Both the position numbers and the translations under genes were made by a program. Of a stretch of 33,846 nt of DNA, positions 24,615 to 33,846 are shown piece by piece (position 1 is the first letter of the stretch; each line of letters begins with the position of its first letter). The stretch is from Craspedostauros australis (lineage: Eukaryota). The stretch is from contig JALAGF010001980.1 in assembly GCA_030167865.1 (NCBI GenBank), positions 1 through 33,846 of the forward strand. Reading direction: 5' to 3'. Under the pieces are notes generated by a model that was not told the DNA's origin, did no database searches, and saw nothing but the letters and a program-made list of their open reading frames with translations.

Positions 24615-24688
24615 ATCCGCAAAGCACTTATCCGCAAAGCACCGATCAAATTGCCGATCAAATTTCCAATCAAATTGCCGATCAAACC
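24615..24688 (+). repeat. Adjacent short tandem repeats: ATCCGCAAAGCAC x2 (15-bp period) then CCGATCAAATTG-like x4 (12-bp period)
   Basis: Read directly, about 85-155 nt upstream of ATG 24771. Confidence 0.8.
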
Positions 24689-24770
24689 ACGCATCCATAT
24701 ATCCACACCACCTGCAGTCATACATAATCGAATACGCATACAGATAGTAAGCCAAGCTCATCCGCATATC

Positions 24771-25640
24771 ATGAGATTCATGCGCCTTTCTCTCCTTTCT
24801 GCGCTTGCCTTTGCAACGATGCACTTGCAGTGCGTTGCGTGGGTACCGTCTCCCTTGCCACGGAGGGCGGGCCACCTTCATCATCAATCGCAGTGCCAGC
24901 AGCAGCTGCAGCAATCAAACGTGCACGGTCACCCGCAACCTGACTCATCCGTTGTCGCTGCAGATGCGCCGTCGACCAAGGTTGCGACTGCCATTGCATC
25001 CGTCGTGACCTCCGCAACAAGCATTCTGCTCAGCCCACAAATTGCAACGGCGGCGACTGACTACGCGAACTACTATCAGAAATCGTACACGACGAGCTTG
25101 GAGCGGTCTGCGGGCAGTCCGTTGGAGATCTTCCTCTTCGGCGGGTTGGTCTACTTCCTCCTCAAGCTCAGCAAGAAGATGGAGGAACGAGATCGAGTTT
25201 TGACGAAGCCCAGCGAACCACCCCAGCCCATGGCATTGCCACCTTTGGCACCGCCACCGCAACCATTCGTCGCCAACATTCCAGCCAACGAGTACGATTA
25301 CGATTACGCACAGCAGCTGCAATCCGTGCCCGCAACCAGCGCCGCCACAGAACCTGCCCCGCCCGCCCCAATCCCAGTCTCTGCCCCAGTTCCAGCCCCC
25401 GTGCAACTCTCGGCTCCGACTCCTGTCAACTCCAGCTACTCTTACGAAGATGCCATGGCTGCCGCCGTTCCAACCGAACCAGCGTTGGCAACGCAAACGA
25501 CGGATGCTGCGGATTTCCCACAGACACAGTCGCCTGAGCCAGCCCCAGCAACAGAAACAGCACCAAATGGCGACATCAATGGGTCACCGAATGATTACAT
25601 GGCAGATTTCATCGCTGCATGCAAGGCGGGTAGCGAATAA
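24771..25640 (+). CDS. Uncharacterised, probably plastid (thylakoid)-targeted single-TM protein with Pro/Ala-rich tail (289 aa precursor)
   Basis: Signal peptide MRLSLLSALAFATMHLQCVA|WVP (ASAFAP-like, aromatic +1), a transit-like region, a second hydrophobic stretch ending ATA, TM LEIFLFGGLVYFLL followed by KLSKK, and a P/A-rich C-terminus. TAA at 25638-25640. Confidence 0.75.
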   Translation: MRFMRLSLLSALAFATMHLQCVAWVPSPLPRRAGHLHHQSQCQQQLQQSNVHGHPQPDSSVVAADAPSTKVATAIASVVTSATSILLSPQIATAATDYANYYQKSYTTSLERSAGSPLEIFLFGGLVYFLLKLSKKMEERDRVLTKPSEPPQPMALPPLAPPPQPFVANIPANEYDYDYAQQLQSVPATSAATEPAPPAPIPVSAPVPAPVQLSAPTPVNSSYSYEDAMAAAVPTEPALATQTTDAADFPQTQSPEPAPATETAPNGDINGSPNDYMADFIAACKAGSE

Positions 25641-27148
25641 TGTGCGCACTGCGCGAGCAGAGCATAGGAGCAAATTCGGCAGAGCATAATGCTATCCTCA
25701 ATGCTCAATGTCTCCAAGTCAGGCGCAGATAACCAATGCTTCGCACAACAAATCGAAGAGACAACGAGCACGCCTTTCCGTGGGGTGTCGACTCTGCGTC
25801 CAAACACAAGCATGATGCCATGGGAAGGCTTTTTATGGAACGATTGCACACACACACACATGAAGAAAGGTGTAAGTATGTTGCAAGTCGCAAAGGACTG
25901 GACGGGTGTACAGGGAGGATCCATCTGGAGCGTCATGCAAGTTGCGTCACTCTATTCCACACATTGCACGTATTGCGATTCTACTTCCACAGAATATGAT
26001 ATTATTTAATACATCTTATATACGAGCAGAAAACGAGTAGCACTCTGCGCGAGTATGAGTACTCTGCTCGATTCAAGTCCATCACATCCCTACACAGGCT
26101 CGTGTTTGTACTGTTGCAAAAATGTAGTGGCAGGTATTGTTCATACCGTGCAGTACTCCATCCCATTATATCATACTGTCAGTTGTGCGCGGGTGCATGC
26201 ATTGGTAGAAGCGGCGGTTCCCTTCGTTGCACCACTGCATCGATGCGAGTGTGGAGCCAAGCGATGAGACGAGGTTGCGTTCGGACCATAGGTATTTCAT
26301 GTTGATTCTAGCTTTCGGGACATCTATCTTACATATGTAGACTGCCAGGTTTCAACAGTCATATTGTTGTTGTATGCTTGTCTGCAAGAATCAGACGAAC
26401 AGAATTGTGGTTCCCAATTGAAACGTTCATTTCTTTGTCTGCGCACATGGCAGCCACGACGAGCATGGCAGAGAAACGGTGGAGAAGATCGCCTTAGCGT
26501 GCACCAAGGTTTGCCCCAGCGTTTCCACGCACATCCGAAACAGCCAGGAGCGCAAACAACCAACAAGAAAAACAGAGTTGACACCATTCTCCCCATCGAG
26601 AGACGAGGGGTTTGCATGTGGAAACAGGAAGGAGAGGCAACGAGCGAGGAGACGTCCTCTTCATCACAAATCAATCGAGGGAGGCGAATGACAAGAACAA
26701 GAACAACAACAACGACAAGACGAACAGAGCAGGTACGTTGAGCGAAGCACGGGCATGGTGCACAGCTCGCATCAGTGTGAGTTCGACCACGAGGAGAGCG
26801 AAGCGCGCCGAAACACAGACATCTCGTTCCATCTCGCGAACCACAACATAAAACGCCCTGCACCATCAAGGGCTCGACGCTTGCCGCATCTTGGCTTGGA
26901 TGCAAGTTCGCTGTGAGGGCACCATACCAATACTCACCAAATCACGGCTCCTATTATACTCATTCGTACAGACAGTGTGAAACAAACATACTCGTAGAGC
27001 AAGGCACATAGTCGTACTCTCCGAGCAACTCCAGGATAAACAAGTAGGATCACCAATTGATGGTGGGAGCAGGCTCATCCCCTTCCTCGGACTTGTAATA
27101 CGGATACTCAGCTCGTGCGTGCGGTCGATCTCATCCAGCAACCGAGCG

Positions 27149-30100
27149 ATGAAGGAGGAAACAGCCAATGGTGGTGCCAATGGGGGCGCCAACGGGGGTG
27201 CAGCGACCGAACAGGATGCCAAACAAGATGCCGATCAGCTCGTTGAACCGGCTTCTGAGTCAGCATCTGCGGATGATTCACCAATGACGCAGCCAACCGA
27301 TCTCAATGGCGGCACTGATGGCGTCGCGAACGATGCGAAGAGTCTGATGGATGGTGGGCAGGTCGTTGCATCGGTCAGCACGAATGCTCCTGCTGTGGAT
27401 GCCAGTCCCTTTGTTGGCAACGAAGGCACGAGCATCGATCAAGGCATGGACGAGCGTGCCACGAAAGGCGATGGTGACAGAGACAATGCTGATGCTGCGG
27501 TGGATGCTGCGGAGGGTGGAAGTGTGGTTGCATTGAAAACAAAACAAGCTCCTTCGGCTGCAGCCACGGCACACACAGAAACGCAAGACGCTGTGGCATC
27601 AAACGAAACGATGGCATCTACAGAGACCCAACCTGGAATACACGTACGGATGACTTCGTCGCAGCCTTTGTCCTTGATACCTTCGCCAATCAAGCCGGGC
27701 GAAGCGCAGGGCGACGCTACTGAACCTCCTCGAGACTCCAGCGACACCCAGGCAGACGAAGTTCATGCATCCACTGATACTGCAAAGCATCCGAATGACC
27801 ATGCCAGCAAGGCTGGTCTACAACCCACCAGCGGTAGGCAAGGTCAACACCAACAAGTACAACCGCAAGCGCAACCGCAACAACAAGCGCAACCACAACA
27901 AGCGCAACAGCAGCAGCAACCTACGGCATCACGGACGGAACCATCCCCTGCATCCGAGCAAACCTCGGTACCACCGCCAGGAAAAGCAGGGGAAGGAGCA
28001 TCGTCTTCACTTGATCAACCGGATCCAAAGCAACCAGCCGCGCCTCACGACCAACGCCCAGCCTACGCCCCGGACACAGCTGGCTTGCAATTATTGCCCG
28101 AAGGACAAGCAAATAGCCGAGAAGGTGGGACTCCAGTCGCTGGGACAGTTTCTGTCCCGTTGCACTCGAATCACATGTATGCACCTGCACGGCCCAAAGC
28201 ATATCCTGCCGCCGACGCTCACCCCCCTCCCTCGGTGCTGCCGCCTGGAAGGATGGACATGCGGCCAAGGGTCGGGCAAGTTCCCATGGCCGCCCTACCT
28301 GGGCACGCGCAGATTCATCCTGCGATGGGACCCTCGTATGGACCGGGAGTCGGGATGCCACCCGCATATGGCGCAACTCCATCTGCTTACCCACCGATGT
28401 ACCAGCCGAAGCCGACAGCCGCAGCCACAACAGTAGCAGCACCAGCAACAACAACGACGACAGCAACAGCAACAGCCAGAGGAGAGGCAGCGATAGCGGC
28501 CGCGGTGGCTGCAGCCGCAGCGGCGCCACCTCCCAAACGAAAACGCAAGGGTGGGCCAGGAGGCAACCAAGGCCAAAGTTTCAACAACATGTTGTTCGAA
28601 TTGCTCGTCTTTCGAGCCAAGCATGGACATTGCAAGGTCCCCAAGTACACGCAAAAGACCCTCAAGACCTTATCCAAATGGGTTACCCAACTGCGAGCGC
28701 ACTACGCGGAGCTTGTCGAGCGATCCTCGAAACTCAAATGGCCAACCAAACCACAGTCGAAGAGGAAACGCGCAGCGGCGCAAGCCCAATACTACGGTCT
28801 TCGCCAGTCTTCTTCCACCACGTCCGTTCCGAGACCTGCCGTTGGCGACGCAAGCGCTTGTGCCATCGCTACTCCAAACGAGAACATCAGTACGAGAACA
28901 ACCCCCGGGGCTGACGGCCGACCGAATTCCACAACAAATAGTGGCAACGTGCAGCCACAGGAACAACAGCAGCAGCAGCAGATGCAACAGCAACTAGGTC
29001 ATCAATACAATCAAGATTATGTGCAGCAGCAGCAGCAGCAGCAGCCATGTGGGCATTTTGCGGACCCATCAATGACGGATTCAGGGCCTGCGCAGGTGGC
29101 GCATGCGCCGAACCCCGTTCAGTATCACCAAGGCCATGCACAGCAAGGCGCTGGACAAGAGGGCAGGATGCCCAACGATGGGTCACAACGAGAGGCGACG
29201 ATGAACCCGTCTCATCCACCGTTCAGTGCTCCTGGTGATCAGCAAGCGTTTCACGGAAACTCAGCAGGATATGTGGTCAATACCACAAAGCAAGACGCTG
29301 GCAGCAAGTCACAGATGGAATCCGAGGAAGCCAAAGAACCAGAACGCCCGCCCATCCATCCAGCGCTACTTACATCTAACGCGGTTGCCAATCAACGAGG
29401 TGCCACCAACTACTTGCTCACTCCAGACAGACTCGCGGTGCTCAACAGCATAGAGTTTTGCTGGGACCGAGTCCCTTTCGACAGCCAGTCGCGGTGGAAC
29501 CTCAACTTTCAGGCCCTGCTGTCGTTCAAGCTCCAGCACGGGCACACGAATGTGCCACAGTCATCGGGCAAGCTCGGTTTGTGGGTGAAATCGCAGCGGG
29601 AGCAGTATCGAGAGTATGAGCTCCGAAAGACGGGCAAAGTGATGAACCATCGCAAACACACGTACCGTACAGTGTTGAGTCCAGAACGCATGGCCCAATT
29701 GAATTCGGTTGGATTTGAGTGGCGGATGGCACCTCGTGCCGTCGGTTGGAATGCGCGGTTCCAGGAGCTCGTCGAGTACTGTCGAGAGACTGGCACCACT
29801 AACGTCCCCGTGAATTACGCACCTAACCGGGCACTCGGGCGATGGGTAGGAAAGCAGAGGGCGCAGTACTCGCTGAAGCAGCGGGGTAGACCATCACAAC
29901 TCACGCAAGAGAGGATCAAGAAGCTTGAAGATGTTGGGTTCAGCTGGGGGAGCGGAGCAGCGGCTGCCATCGCTGCGGCTGTCGCGGAAGCACATGCTGC
30001 CCCTGTGCCCGAAGCAGTTGGTACAGCGCCAACCAATCAAGGCATGCAAGGCGAGATACGAGCGGCTCATCAACAACCGAGGAATCCCAACAAGAAGCAA

Positions 30101-31600
30101 AAAACCTCGATGGAAGCAGGAGGGATGCATGCGGAGACACAGGGTCCGGAGACACCAGCGATGGCACCAATGAAGGCACAGAACCCAGTCCACATCACTC
30201 TTCAACATCCTACACAGTTCGGACGTCCCATGCTGGATCATCGTGGTCATCCAATCGATGCTCAGCTCCAACACTCGCAGCAGCAGCAGCAGCAGCATCA
30301 GCCACATCAATATCAACAACCGCTGCATCCACATCAGCAACACCAACAACACCAAAGTCACCAGCAACATCATCGCGACCATCCCGCGGATGCTCAACTC
30401 CAGCACTCGCATCTGCCACATCACAACTTGCCACAGCAACCCCGACAGGCGCAGCCGCAGCAGATACAAGTGCAACGACACCCCGTTCATCACGGTATGC
30501 AAGGCCAGCCGCAAATGCAACACGGCCGTGTGCCACACCAGCATCCGCACCAATCTCACGCGTCGTTCCAACAACCGCATCAGTCACAGTACGCACGTCA
30601 CCATTTGACTGTCTCCACAATGCAGCACCATCAACAACAACATCAGCCAGTGCACCACAGCAACCATCAATCGCACTTGGGTGGGTCTGTCGCCATTGAC
30701 GATTCGCAGGCATCACAGCAGCCCCAACAACAACACCAACCGCCGAGCTTGCAGCAGGTGCAACACCATGGTCAGCAGCAGATACAGGCACTGCAACCGC
30801 AGCAGCAGCTACATCACGCAGAACCGCAGGGGCAGAGTCCCCAGCACATGGTTGTGATGGTGGGTGGGGGCATTCCGATGCCATCGCAAACTATCCAACC
30901 CGTGTATCATGAACAGGCAAACCAACCACAGCGGCTCCAGCAACACCCGCCCACGGAGGGGCAGCCAGGCCAGTATTATGGCGACGGCAGGATAATCGGA
31001 ACCAGCGCCACCCTGCCACAGCCACCACAACCAGAGGGACCGCAAAACACAGACTTTCGCGGTTTCGCGTACGTGGAGGCTGCTGGTGTGGGCGTGGGTG
31101 GAGGGCGCGGCGGTCAGGAGCATCTCGGTAATTTGCCGCGGTGGTCTTCAACTGCGCCTCCGCAAGAAGAGAATGCCACCCAACAGCACTCAGCAGAGCA
31201 TCCGCATACGCCACAGCAGCTACAGCATCAAGCTCAAGGCACGGCACAAGACCAGGGCGACCAACACAGTCGGCATGGGCAGCACCATGCTGCCTCGGTG
31301 CCAGCTGGGATATTACATCAAACCCAGCAGCAGCAGCCGCCATCTCCTCAAAAAGCCCCAGGCAATCACCACCAACCCAAGCAGCAACATCAGCAGCAGC
31401 AAGAGTGCGTGTCGATGCACCAAAACAACGAACACGAGCATGAGAATGAACATGGGCAAGCTCTAGATGGGGAAGGTGGCGGGGACGGAAGAAGCCAGGA
31501 CGCAAATGCTGAGGGAGAGTACGATGCGTCTGATTTGGAAGCAGACGAAAAATCGCAAGACAGTGCCAATCCAACCTTTGATACGTACGACATGGCATAG
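27149..31600 (+). CDS. Helicase-associated (HA) domain repeat protein (1483 aa): three HA domains in Q/H/P-rich disordered sequence, no helicase core
   Basis: HA2 (29495-29722): WNLNFQALLSFKLQHGHTNVP..LGLWVKSQREQY..LSPERMAQLNSVGFEW. HA3 (29747-29947): WNARFQELVEYCRETGTTNVP..LGRWVGKQRAQY..LTQERIKKLEDVGFSW. HA1 is split across 28580-29464. NLS-like PPPKRKRK. No DExD or Walker motifs seen. Confidence 0.9.
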   Translation: MKEETANGGANGGANGGAATEQDAKQDADQLVEPASESASADDSPMTQPTDLNGGTDGVANDAKSLMDGGQVVASVSTNAPAVDASPFVGNEGTSIDQGMDERATKGDGDRDNADAAVDAAEGGSVVALKTKQAPSAAATAHTETQDAVASNETMASTETQPGIHVRMTSSQPLSLIPSPIKPGEAQGDATEPPRDSSDTQADEVHASTDTAKHPNDHASKAGLQPTSGRQGQHQQVQPQAQPQQQAQPQQAQQQQQPTASRTEPSPASEQTSVPPPGKAGEGASSSLDQPDPKQPAAPHDQRPAYAPDTAGLQLLPEGQANSREGGTPVAGTVSVPLHSNHMYAPARPKAYPAADAHPPPSVLPPGRMDMRPRVGQVPMAALPGHAQIHPAMGPSYGPGVGMPPAYGATPSAYPPMYQPKPTAAATTVAAPATTTTTATATARGEAAIAAAVAAAAAAPPPKRKRKGGPGGNQGQSFNNMLFELLVFRAKHGHCKVPKYTQKTLKTLSKWVTQLRAHYAELVERSSKLKWPTKPQSKRKRAAAQAQYYGLRQSSSTTSVPRPAVGDASACAIATPNENISTRTTPGADGRPNSTTNSGNVQPQEQQQQQQMQQQLGHQYNQDYVQQQQQQQPCGHFADPSMTDSGPAQVAHAPNPVQYHQGHAQQGAGQEGRMPNDGSQREATMNPSHPPFSAPGDQQAFHGNSAGYVVNTTKQDAGSKSQMESEEAKEPERPPIHPALLTSNAVANQRGATNYLLTPDRLAVLNSIEFCWDRVPFDSQSRWNLNFQALLSFKLQHGHTNVPQSSGKLGLWVKSQREQYREYELRKTGKVMNHRKHTYRTVLSPERMAQLNSVGFEWRMAPRAVGWNARFQELVEYCRETGTTNVPVNYAPNRALGRWVGKQRAQYSLKQRGRPSQLTQERIKKLEDVGFSWGSGAAAAIAAAVAEAHAAPVPEAVGTAPTNQGMQGEIRAAHQQPRNPNKKQKTSMEAGGMHAETQGPETPAMAPMKAQNPVHITLQHPTQFGRPMLDHRGHPIDAQLQHSQQQQQQHQPHQYQQPLHPHQQHQQHQSHQQHHRDHPADAQLQHSHLPHHNLPQQPRQAQPQQIQVQRHPVHHGMQGQPQMQHGRVPHQHPHQSHASFQQPHQSQYARHHLTVSTMQHHQQQHQPVHHSNHQSHLGGSVAIDDSQASQQPQQQHQPPSLQQVQHHGQQQIQALQPQQQLHHAEPQGQSPQHMVVMVGGGIPMPSQTIQPVYHEQANQPQRLQQHPPTEGQPGQYYGDGRIIGTSATLPQPPQPEGPQNTDFRGFAYVEAAGVGVGGGRGGQEHLGNLPRWSSTAPPQEENATQQHSAEHPHTPQQLQHQAQGTAQDQGDQHSRHGQHHAASVPAGILHQTQQQQPPSPQKAPGNHHQPKQQHQQQQECVSMHQNNEHEHENEHGQALDGEGGGDGRSQDANAEGEYDASDLEADEKSQDSANPTFDTYDMA

Positions 31601-32328
31601 ATCATCACTGAAGGTGGGTACAGGTCAATCCTGTCAATCACTAGGTTGGAGGATGCACCGTGCCAAGGTAGAACATGGCATGTCGCACGCTTTGATCAAA
31701 GCACGTACCGGTAGGACAGAGTTTTGTACACACGGATTCGAGTACTCGTACAATGCGTCTTTACCTTTCCGCGCAGAAGCCACGTTTGCCGTCGCCGCTC
31801 CTCGCTACTGGCAGCCAAGAGGCTCTATGATAAAATCGATGAAAAAGCGCCACTCGACAATACAAAAGGTTGGTCGACTCGCTGACTCGGGTCATCCCGA
31901 ACAAACACATCAACACACACATTTCAATAACACACGCAGAACGCACATCAATACGCAAAGAGAGTGAGAGAGAGAGACAGACAGAGACAGAGTCCACGCT
32001 CAGAGGCGCACACCGAATGTCCAAGGGTACAAGAAAACCCGAGGTCGTTTGTGGGTGATGATGTTCCCAACTGCCCTCCCACCAAAACCTGAGCGACCCT
32101 TCAATCCGTATTAGGACTACTGGACACTCACCAATTCAGCTTGCATTTGGACGAGTGTCTGCAAAGCACCGCTTCAAAACTCATTTACAAATAAATCTGA
32201 ACGTGGAGATGCAACTTCATTCTGCCCACAAAGTAGGCACACACCGAAACAAACATCCAACGAGACCACAAATCAAGCAACCAAACTTGCAACCAAACTG
32301 CCAGCCAGCCACCACCAATACTCGTGCC

Positions 32329-33846
32329 ATGCGTTGTGCTCTCCTCCTCGGTGGACCAACAAGGGGAAAGATGAGGATGTCATCAATGGCGTCACTATCA
32401 GCCCTCGCGATGCCCGCGATGGGATTCATCGCCCCACGCCGATGCTTGCCACTGTCCTCGGCCTCCAGATACATCTCTTCGATGCCTTTCGCACCAGCCT
32501 CATCCTTGCCATTGGTGTCCACTTCGCCACTTCAACACCAACCACAACGATGGTGGTCTGATTCTCGTCTGTTTTCAGATATTACAAACGACGAGGATGC
32601 AGCAGCAGCGGCGCCACCTGCGATCCCACTCGACATCGACAACTACAAGGACCTCTTCAGCGACGCCAGCTTCTGGGACCCCGAGTTGGAGGATGCAGCA
32701 GTCATGGAACTGCTCGATGAGAGAGTGTTGGGACAAGGACAGTCTGCAGGTGAACTGTGGAAACCGTTAATCGATGTACGAACAGATATCGTTGCGGCCG
32801 TCAAAGAAGATGACGAGTTCACTTTTTATGGTCTCGAAACCGACGCGAGAAGTTGGGACAAAGCAACGGATGCAGACAGGCCAATCCTCCAATGGATCGC
32901 CACCAGATATAAAGGCGGCAAAGACCAAGCGCAGGATGTCGTTGACAAGATCCACGATTGGTTGGACGATGCTGAACAAACACTCGACGACTTCATCCAG
33001 AGGAGACTCACCAGACTGTCGCATAGAGAAGTTGAGAGGCTCTCACATGGCGCAGGCAAGACATTCTATGTTGGTACCGTCAACTTCCGACACCAAGGAT
33101 GGTCTTTGAGACGTCCGCGAAAGGTCGTTCTGGACGCGTCGAATTCACAGAAGAAAGGTAACGCCCTATTGGTCTACTCCTCGGAAAGTGGCAGTGGTAA
33201 GACAGTTGAGCTCGCCGGAAGCGCGTTTTTGCGAGGTTGCGCCATCAGCATGGTTGGCTCCGTTTCAAAAGAGGACAACTTACCCAAGACACTGACAGAG
33301 GAAGAACGAAGAGCACAGTGCATTGAAACACTCAAGAAGCGTTTCGACGCACTCGCAGAATACAATAAAGAAGCCTTCGAGACCATTCTCCAGGCAATCA
33401 ACGACTGGGTGGAACCAAACGACAATCCTACGGCAGATGTCAGGATCGTCTTCTGCATCGATGAAACTTCTTCCTGCCTCAACTTGGTGCAGACGATCAT
33501 CAACGAAAAGGATCTGCTTTACAAAACCATGGGGGATTACATCGCCAGTGGATTTGGCGGCGTGCTGGACGAGAAGTTCAAAACGGACCGACCCATCCGT
33601 GTTGTGTTCTCTATCGCCAGCACAGGGGCGTATGGGGGCACAGTTGGAGCCCAAATTGGCAACTACAAGTGCCTCAAGCCCAGCGGCAACACGGTCACCA
33701 AGGAGCTGTACGATACACTCAAATCCGAGTACGACACGAGCGGTGATGGATACGAGAACATCGCGACATTCGAAGATCTGAAGACGCGGCCATTCCTGGG
33801 AATCATCGCCCAGGGCAATGCACGGATGGCTTCCATCTTGATCGAT
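32329..33846 (+). CDS. Partial (3'-truncated by window) divergent P-loop NTPase with N-terminal organelle-targeting-like presequence, at least 506 aa
   Basis: Manual translation from ATG 32329 is stop-free to the window end; it is missing from the ORF track, presumably because it has no stop. It reads MRCALLLGGPTRGKMRMSSMASLSALAMPAMGFIAPRR...SRLFSDITNDED..., then Walker A-like LLVYSSESGSGKT (SESGSGKT at 33181-33204), Walker B IVFCIDE (33445-33465), RVVFSIASTG and QGNARMA. Confidence 0.85.
   Translation, partial: MRCALLLGGPTRGKMRMSSMASLSALAMPAMGFIAPRRCLPLSSASRYISSMPFAPASSLPLVSTSPLQHQPQRWWSDSRLFSDITNDEDAAAAAPPAIPLDIDNYKDLFSDASFWDPELEDAAVMELLDERVLGQGQSAGELWKPLIDVRTDIVAAVKEDDEFTFYGLETDARSWDKATDADRPILQWIATRYKGGKDQAQDVVDKIHDWLDDAEQTLDDFIQRRLTRLSHREVERLSHGAGKTFYVGTVNFRHQGWSLRRPRKVVLDASNSQKKGNALLVYSSESGSGKTVELAGSAFLRGCAISMVGSVSKEDNLPKTLTEEERRAQCIETLKKRFDALAEYNKEAFETILQAINDWVEPNDNPTADVRIVFCIDETSSCLNLVQTIINEKDLLYKTMGDYIASGFGGVLDEKFKTDRPIRVVFSIASTGAYGGTVGAQIGNYKCLKPSGNTVTKELYDTLKSEYDTSGDGYENIATFEDLKTRPFLGIIAQGNARMASILID

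Noticed and set aside
5847-31600. Functional cluster of DNA-binding genes (SMC6, HMG, HA)
   Set aside because: They are interleaved with unrelated genes, and eukaryotic adjacency alone gives no evidence of a shared system.
32043-32098. C/D-box snoRNA-like pattern (GTGATGA...CTGA within a GGTCG/CGACC stem)
   Set aside because: Only about 27 nt lie between the boxes, too short for a typical C/D snoRNA, and no guide target is evident.
33040-33063. Second P-loop-like motif LSHGAGKT in the last ORF
   Set aside because: It lacks G/A at the first Walker A position and a preceding hydrophobic strand; probably chance.

Overview
Eukaryotic nuclear DNA, most likely from a diatom. The basis is GT-AG introns of about 260-300 nt, ASAFAP-type bipartite presequences, and diatom-style HMG-box, HA-domain and 'C.RGLE' family proteins. 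I support nine protein-coding genes: (1) a single-pass membrane protein, 4031-4903 +; (2) SMC6, 2 exons, 5847-9933 +; (3) a GT8-like glycosyltransferase, 3 exons, 10450-12630 +; (4) a multi-pass membrane protein with an N/D/Q-rich loop, 2 exons, 14755-13690 -; (5) an uncharacterised diatom-family protein, about 17373-18956 +; (6) an HMG-box protein with prion-like arms, 21177-23741 +; (7) a probable plastid/thylakoid membrane protein, 24771-25640 +; (8) a helicase-associated (HA) repeat protein whose first HA domain is split by about 230 aa, 27149-31600 +; (9) an ORF absent from the supplied track that runs off the right edge, 32329->33846 +, encoding a divergent P-loop NTPase behind an organelle-targeting-like presequence. 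Gene 9 is the best candidate for a novel system. Also seen: a possible PIF/Harbinger-type transposon end at the left edge, an AT-rich decayed coding-like tract with one N, many microsatellites, and a CGAGTA/TACTCG motif downstream of every complete gene. I could support no rRNA, tRNA or CRISPR feature. All family calls are motif recognition by eye, not database searches.
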